Both the position numbers and the translations under genes were made by a program. DNA of 20,000 bases, from the IMG/VR virus record IMGVR_UViG_3300020281_001556; one strand, written 5' to 3'. Positions 17,424 through 20,000 of this stretch are shown in pieces. Position 1 is the first letter of the stretch. Each line of letters opens with the position of its first letter. The notes under the pieces were generated by a model that searched no databases, was not told the origin of the DNA, and saw nothing but the letters and a program-made list of their open reading frames with translations. The DNA is from an uncultured virus (IMG/VR IMGVR_UViG_3300020281_001556). Its lineage: Duplodnaviria; Heunggongvirae; Uroviricota; Caudoviricetes.

Positions 17424-17452
17424 ACTATACAATATTTTATTGCCTTTGTCAA
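17424..17452 (-). promoter_or_regulatory. Sigma70-type promoter directly in front of rnh
   Basis: TTGACA (17452-17447), 17-nt spacer, TATAGT (17429-17424), 6 nt, then ATG. Confidence 0.75.
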
Positions 17453-17844
17453 GAAACTTTTGTTTTATCTTCATCAATTTTAGTTGTATCTATAAATCCT
17501 GCTCCTCTATCAGGATCTAATCCTTCGTCTTCTAGTATTTGCCTGGCTATAGTTTTAAACCAACCGTCAACTACTTCTTCAGCAGTTTCACCTTTATAAC
17601 CAGCATCCATTAATTTTTCAACAAATTCATTGTTCCAATCAAGTTCAAAGAATCCATTTCTAATATTATCTGGATTTACTTTTGTGTCTAACACACCTAC
17701 CCAAGGCTCACCTTTCTTCGTAGCTTCAGCTTTTTCTTTTGCTAACAACTCTTTTCTTTCTTCTTCAGCTGTCTTTTTCTTTTTGGGCTCTTCCATAATT
17801 TTAGGTTTGATACCTAAAGTTTTTTTCATCTTTTCCCAGTTCAT
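17449..17844 (-). CDS. Hypothetical phage protein
   Basis: 131-aa ORF with GAGGA SD; acidic/aromatic core GFFELDWNNEF. Confidence 0.8.
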   Translation of the reverse strand: MNWEKMKKTLGIKPKIMEEPKKKKTAEEERKELLAKEKAEATKKGEPWVGVLDTKVNPDNIRNGFFELDWNNEFVEKLMDAGYKGETAEEVVDGWFKTIARQILEDEGLDPDRGAGFIDTTKIDEDKTKVS

Positions 17845-17892
17845 ATTATTCCTCTCTTTCGCAATTCATCAAGTCCGTCGCCACTTTTATTT

Positions 17893-18789
17893 TTAGGTTC
17901 CCCATGCATTTCCGAATAAGGATATGTGGAGTCTTGGAGTGAATCTCCATCCTTTTTCCATACAGATGTTAGCCACTTCATTGACGTTAAGATTGTACTC
18001 TTCACTGCGACCCCCCAACGGCATAAGATAGACTGGACAGTGAATACCAGCGGCTTTATATTCGTCAACAGCCTTGCCAGCCTCTTCGATGTCAGTTCTA
18101 TCAGCAACAACAAACTTAAGATACATAACACTATCGCCCACGTCAGCATAATCAACAGCCACTTCAGGCTTGATAGCAGTATCCCAAGGTTCTCCACTAA
18201 CAGAGAGCTTTGGGGAACAAGACCAAGTGACTTCAAATCGGTCTTGATCCTGTAAGTATTGTTTGAAATCTTTGTGAAGAAGTTGTGTAGTGTTTGTTTC
18301 AAATGTAACATTTTTCAAATCCTTCATACGTGGATGTTCAAATAAATCGACGTACAATCGTTGCCACGCCAACAAAGGTTCGCCGCCGGTCATGATAAGG
18401 TGAATATCTTGTCCATTGTCCTGCACCCATTTGCCATTTGGTGTTAGACTACAAAGATGTTCAACTACTTCATCAACGCCTTTTAACATATTATAGTGTT
18501 TAAATTCAGGATAGATACTTGCATAAGTATCACAACCTGTATGTATAATAGGCAAATCGTTAAATTCTTTTGTATCTTTATGTACATTATTATCTATTAA
18601 GCCTTGTACTTCTGCATTACGTATGATTCCATTTTTTTGTTTTTCATCTCTCATTGCTTCACCTCTGGGCAAGCCAAAGTTTAAGCAACGGAAATTACAA
18701 CCAAATGTACGTAAAAACACGGAAGGAACGCCAACAAAACGTCCTTCTCCTTGTACAGAATAAAATGCTTCACTGTATCTTAATTTCAT
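17893..18789 (-). CDS. queE: 7-carboxy-7-deazaguanine synthase (radical SAM)
   Basis: FYSVQGEG..G.PSVFLRTFGCNFRC...GCDT, TGGEP, ETN, SPKL, LKFVV, RFTPRLH; folE nearby. Confidence 0.88.
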   Translation of the reverse strand: MKLRYSEAFYSVQGEGRFVGVPSVFLRTFGCNFRCLNFGLPRGEAMRDEKQKNGIIRNAEVQGLIDNNVHKDTKEFNDLPIIHTGCDTYASIYPEFKHYNMLKGVDEVVEHLCSLTPNGKWVQDNGQDIHLIMTGGEPLLAWQRLYVDLFEHPRMKDLKNVTFETNTTQLLHKDFKQYLQDQDRFEVTWSCSPKLSVSGEPWDTAIKPEVAVDYADVGDSVMYLKFVVADRTDIEEAGKAVDEYKAAGIHCPVYLMPLGGRSEEYNLNVNEVANICMEKGWRFTPRLHISLFGNAWGT

Positions 18790-18938
18790 ACAAACCTCTC
18801 AATCAGTGCAAGTACAACCTGATATCCCATCCACAAAAATATACAAGTAATACAGAACTTAAGAAACTTATTCATTCCGTCATCTGCCATTACTTCCCAG
18901 TGTGGCCTTGTGTCATTTCTTTTCCATAGTTTCATCAT
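18786..18938 (-). CDS. Small membrane protein, 50 aa (not in ORF track)
   Basis: MMKLWKRNDTRPHWEVMADDGMNKFLKFCITCIFLWMGYQVVLALIERFV*; ATGA overlaps at both ends. Confidence 0.75.
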   Translation of the reverse strand: MMKLWKRNDTRPHWEVMADDGMNKFLKFCITCIFLWMGYQVVLALIERFV

Positions 18939-19099
18939 TTGTTACTCACCAATACTAAAATTGCTACAAAGAATAAAGCAAAAAACCAAATAGTGTAATC
19001 TTTCTTTGGCTCTATCTTACATGCTTCTTCAAACTCAGAATAGTCTACAGGTTTGTAATCTCTATCCCAAGCATCTCGTCTTGTGTCTTTTTTACCCAT
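18935..19099 (-). CDS. Small membrane protein, 54 aa (not in ORF track)
   Basis: MGKKDTRRDAWDRDYKPVDYSEFEEACKIEPKKDYTIWFFALFFVAILVLVSNK*; GAGGTG SD. Confidence 0.75.
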   Translation of the reverse strand: MGKKDTRRDAWDRDYKPVDYSEFEEACKIEPKKDYTIWFFALFFVAILVLVSNK

Positions 19100-19286
19100 T
19101 CTTCACCTCTACCAACGGCTCGAAGTAAGTACTATCAGTGTAATCACCTCCTGGCGAAAACTTTCTTGTTACAGTTTCTTTTATTAGTTGATTATTTTTT
19201 ACAACGTAAGTGACAAACTCTTGTTTTACTACACCTGTGGTATCACGTTCAAAAGCTGATTTAAGTGGGCCGTCTTTAAGTACCAT
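19092..19286 (-). CDS. Small hypothetical protein, 64 aa
   Basis: TAATG-coupled start, GAGGAG SD. Confidence 0.75.
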   Translation of the reverse strand: MVLKDGPLKSAFERDTTGVVKQEFVTYVVKNNQLIKETVTRKFSPGGDYTDSTYFEPLVEVKNG

Positions 19287-19513
19287 TACACTATCTCCTC
19301 TACAATACCTAACACTTCTGCACAGAAAAGTCCACCTCCTGCTAACATCAAAAAGTATCCTGCATCTGATAATAACAAGTCTGTGTAATTTTCTGCACCA
19401 TACAAGTAGTATCCTGCCAGTATCAATATGCCTGATGCTACCAATCTAAAAATGCTCTTTACCAGGCTAACTGCAAAATGTCCTGTGCCTGGATCTTTAC
19501 TAGAAATTTTCAT
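19286..19513 (-). CDS. Small two-helix membrane protein, 75 aa
   Basis: Start moved to ATG 19513 (AAGGTGA SD); two hydrophobic segments, ends AEVLGIVEEIV. Confidence 0.75.
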   Translation of the reverse strand: MKISSKDPGTGHFAVSLVKSIFRLVASGILILAGYYLYGAENYTDLLLSDAGYFLMLAGGGLFCAEVLGIVEEIV

Positions 19514-19523
19514 ATTCACCTTT

Positions 19524-20000
19524 CTATTTGTTACAAGCAAATTCTTGTTGTAGTTTGATGTTATCCATGAACTCTTTTTTAGTACCTGGATCTTCACCAA
19601 ATGCTCCACGTAGTACAGTTGTCTGTGTCAAACTACTATGAGCACCAATACCTCTATTTTCACAACAACCATGTGTTGCTTGTAAGTACACACCAACATT
19701 GGAACTACCGGTTGCTTTTTGTATTTCGTTAGCAATCACGTTGTTAAGTTCTTCTTGTAGTGTTCCACGTCTAGCACACCATTGTGCGATACGTGTATAT
19801 TTAGAAAGTCCTATAAGTGTTTCTGCGGCAATGATACCAATGTAAGCTACACCATTTACTGGTTGATGATGATGCGAACACATGCTTTTTATTTCGCTTC
19901 GCACTACCAACATGCCTTTATAACCATCATCTACATGATTAGGAAAAGCAGTAGCATTAGGCATTGGATCATATCTCCCTGCCATTATCTCATTAAAATA
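19524..20000 (-). CDS. folE: GTP cyclohydrolase I (5' truncated by window edge)
   Basis: SMCSHH, GLSK..R, LQEEL, HGCC..RG motifs; frame stays open to the window end (YFNEIMAG..). Confidence 0.92.
   Translation of the reverse strand, partial: YFNEIMAGRYDPMPNATAFPNHVDDGYKGMLVVRSEIKSMCSHHHQPVNGVAYIGIIAAETLIGLSKYTRIAQWCARRGTLQEELNNVIANEIQKATGSSNVGVYLQATHGCCENRGIGAHSSLTQTTVLRGAFGEDPGTKKEFMDNIKLQQEFACNK

Noticed and set aside
18520..18710. Intein or intron in queE
   Set aside because: Insert is only about 48 extra residues, in frame, with no intein terminal HN/splice motifs
233..18929. Short antisense and nested ORFs in the track (e.g. 233..433, 823..1047, 10211..10555, 14402..14719, 17926..18255, 18654..18929)
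   Set aside because: They lie opposite or inside well-supported genes, lack SD signals and look like shadow frames
3525..19609. Track start codons at 3525, 16450, 17477 and 19609
   Set aside because: Downstream starts (3570, 16423, 17417, 19513) fit SD, promoter or stop-start coupling better and avoid long overlaps
1..20000. Alternative genetic code (stop-codon reassignment)
   Set aside because: Standard code gives near-complete coding density, and TAA, TAG and TGA all end genes at sensible positions
1..20000. CRISPR array, tRNA, rRNA or transposase
   Set aside because: Intergenic gaps are at most about 110 nt and are explained by promoters/terminator; no periodic nucleotide repeats or such motifs were seen
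1..20000. Bacterial chromosome origin
   Set aside because: Stand-alone T4-type rnh, fibre gene, TAAATA motifs and runs of small coupled hypotheticals fit a phage better, though no capsid or terminase gene is in the window to prove it

Overview
AT-rich, very densely packed segment that reads as part of a large lytic dsDNA phage genome (T4-like/jumbo myovirus style): T4-type RNase H, TAAATA late-promoter-like motifs, strong sigma70-type promoters, a tail-fibre-like gene and many short phage-type hypotheticals. The left ~9.7 kb is a convergent tailoring-enzyme island: five radical SAM enzymes (two with a visible N-terminal twitch module, one truncated paralogue of these, one with a C-terminal twitch/SPASM, one stand-alone core), two Fe(II)/2OG-type oxygenases, a GNAT-like protein, a membrane fatty-acid desaturase, a nitroreductase-fold protein, a possible DUF6270/SGNH-like protein and an unannotated 55-aa ORF. 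Its minus-strand arm is apparently co-transcribed behind the fibre gene from a late promoter. The right half (all minus strand) holds folE and a queE with a 50-residue insertion inside its Fe-S motif (7-deazaguanine pathway), separated by four small ORFs (three membrane-anchored), then rnh, hypotheticals and a MoxR-type AAA ATPase / metallopeptidase-vWA pair whose 5' leaders share a sequence motif. All functional calls come from motif recognition by eye; no searches were run.
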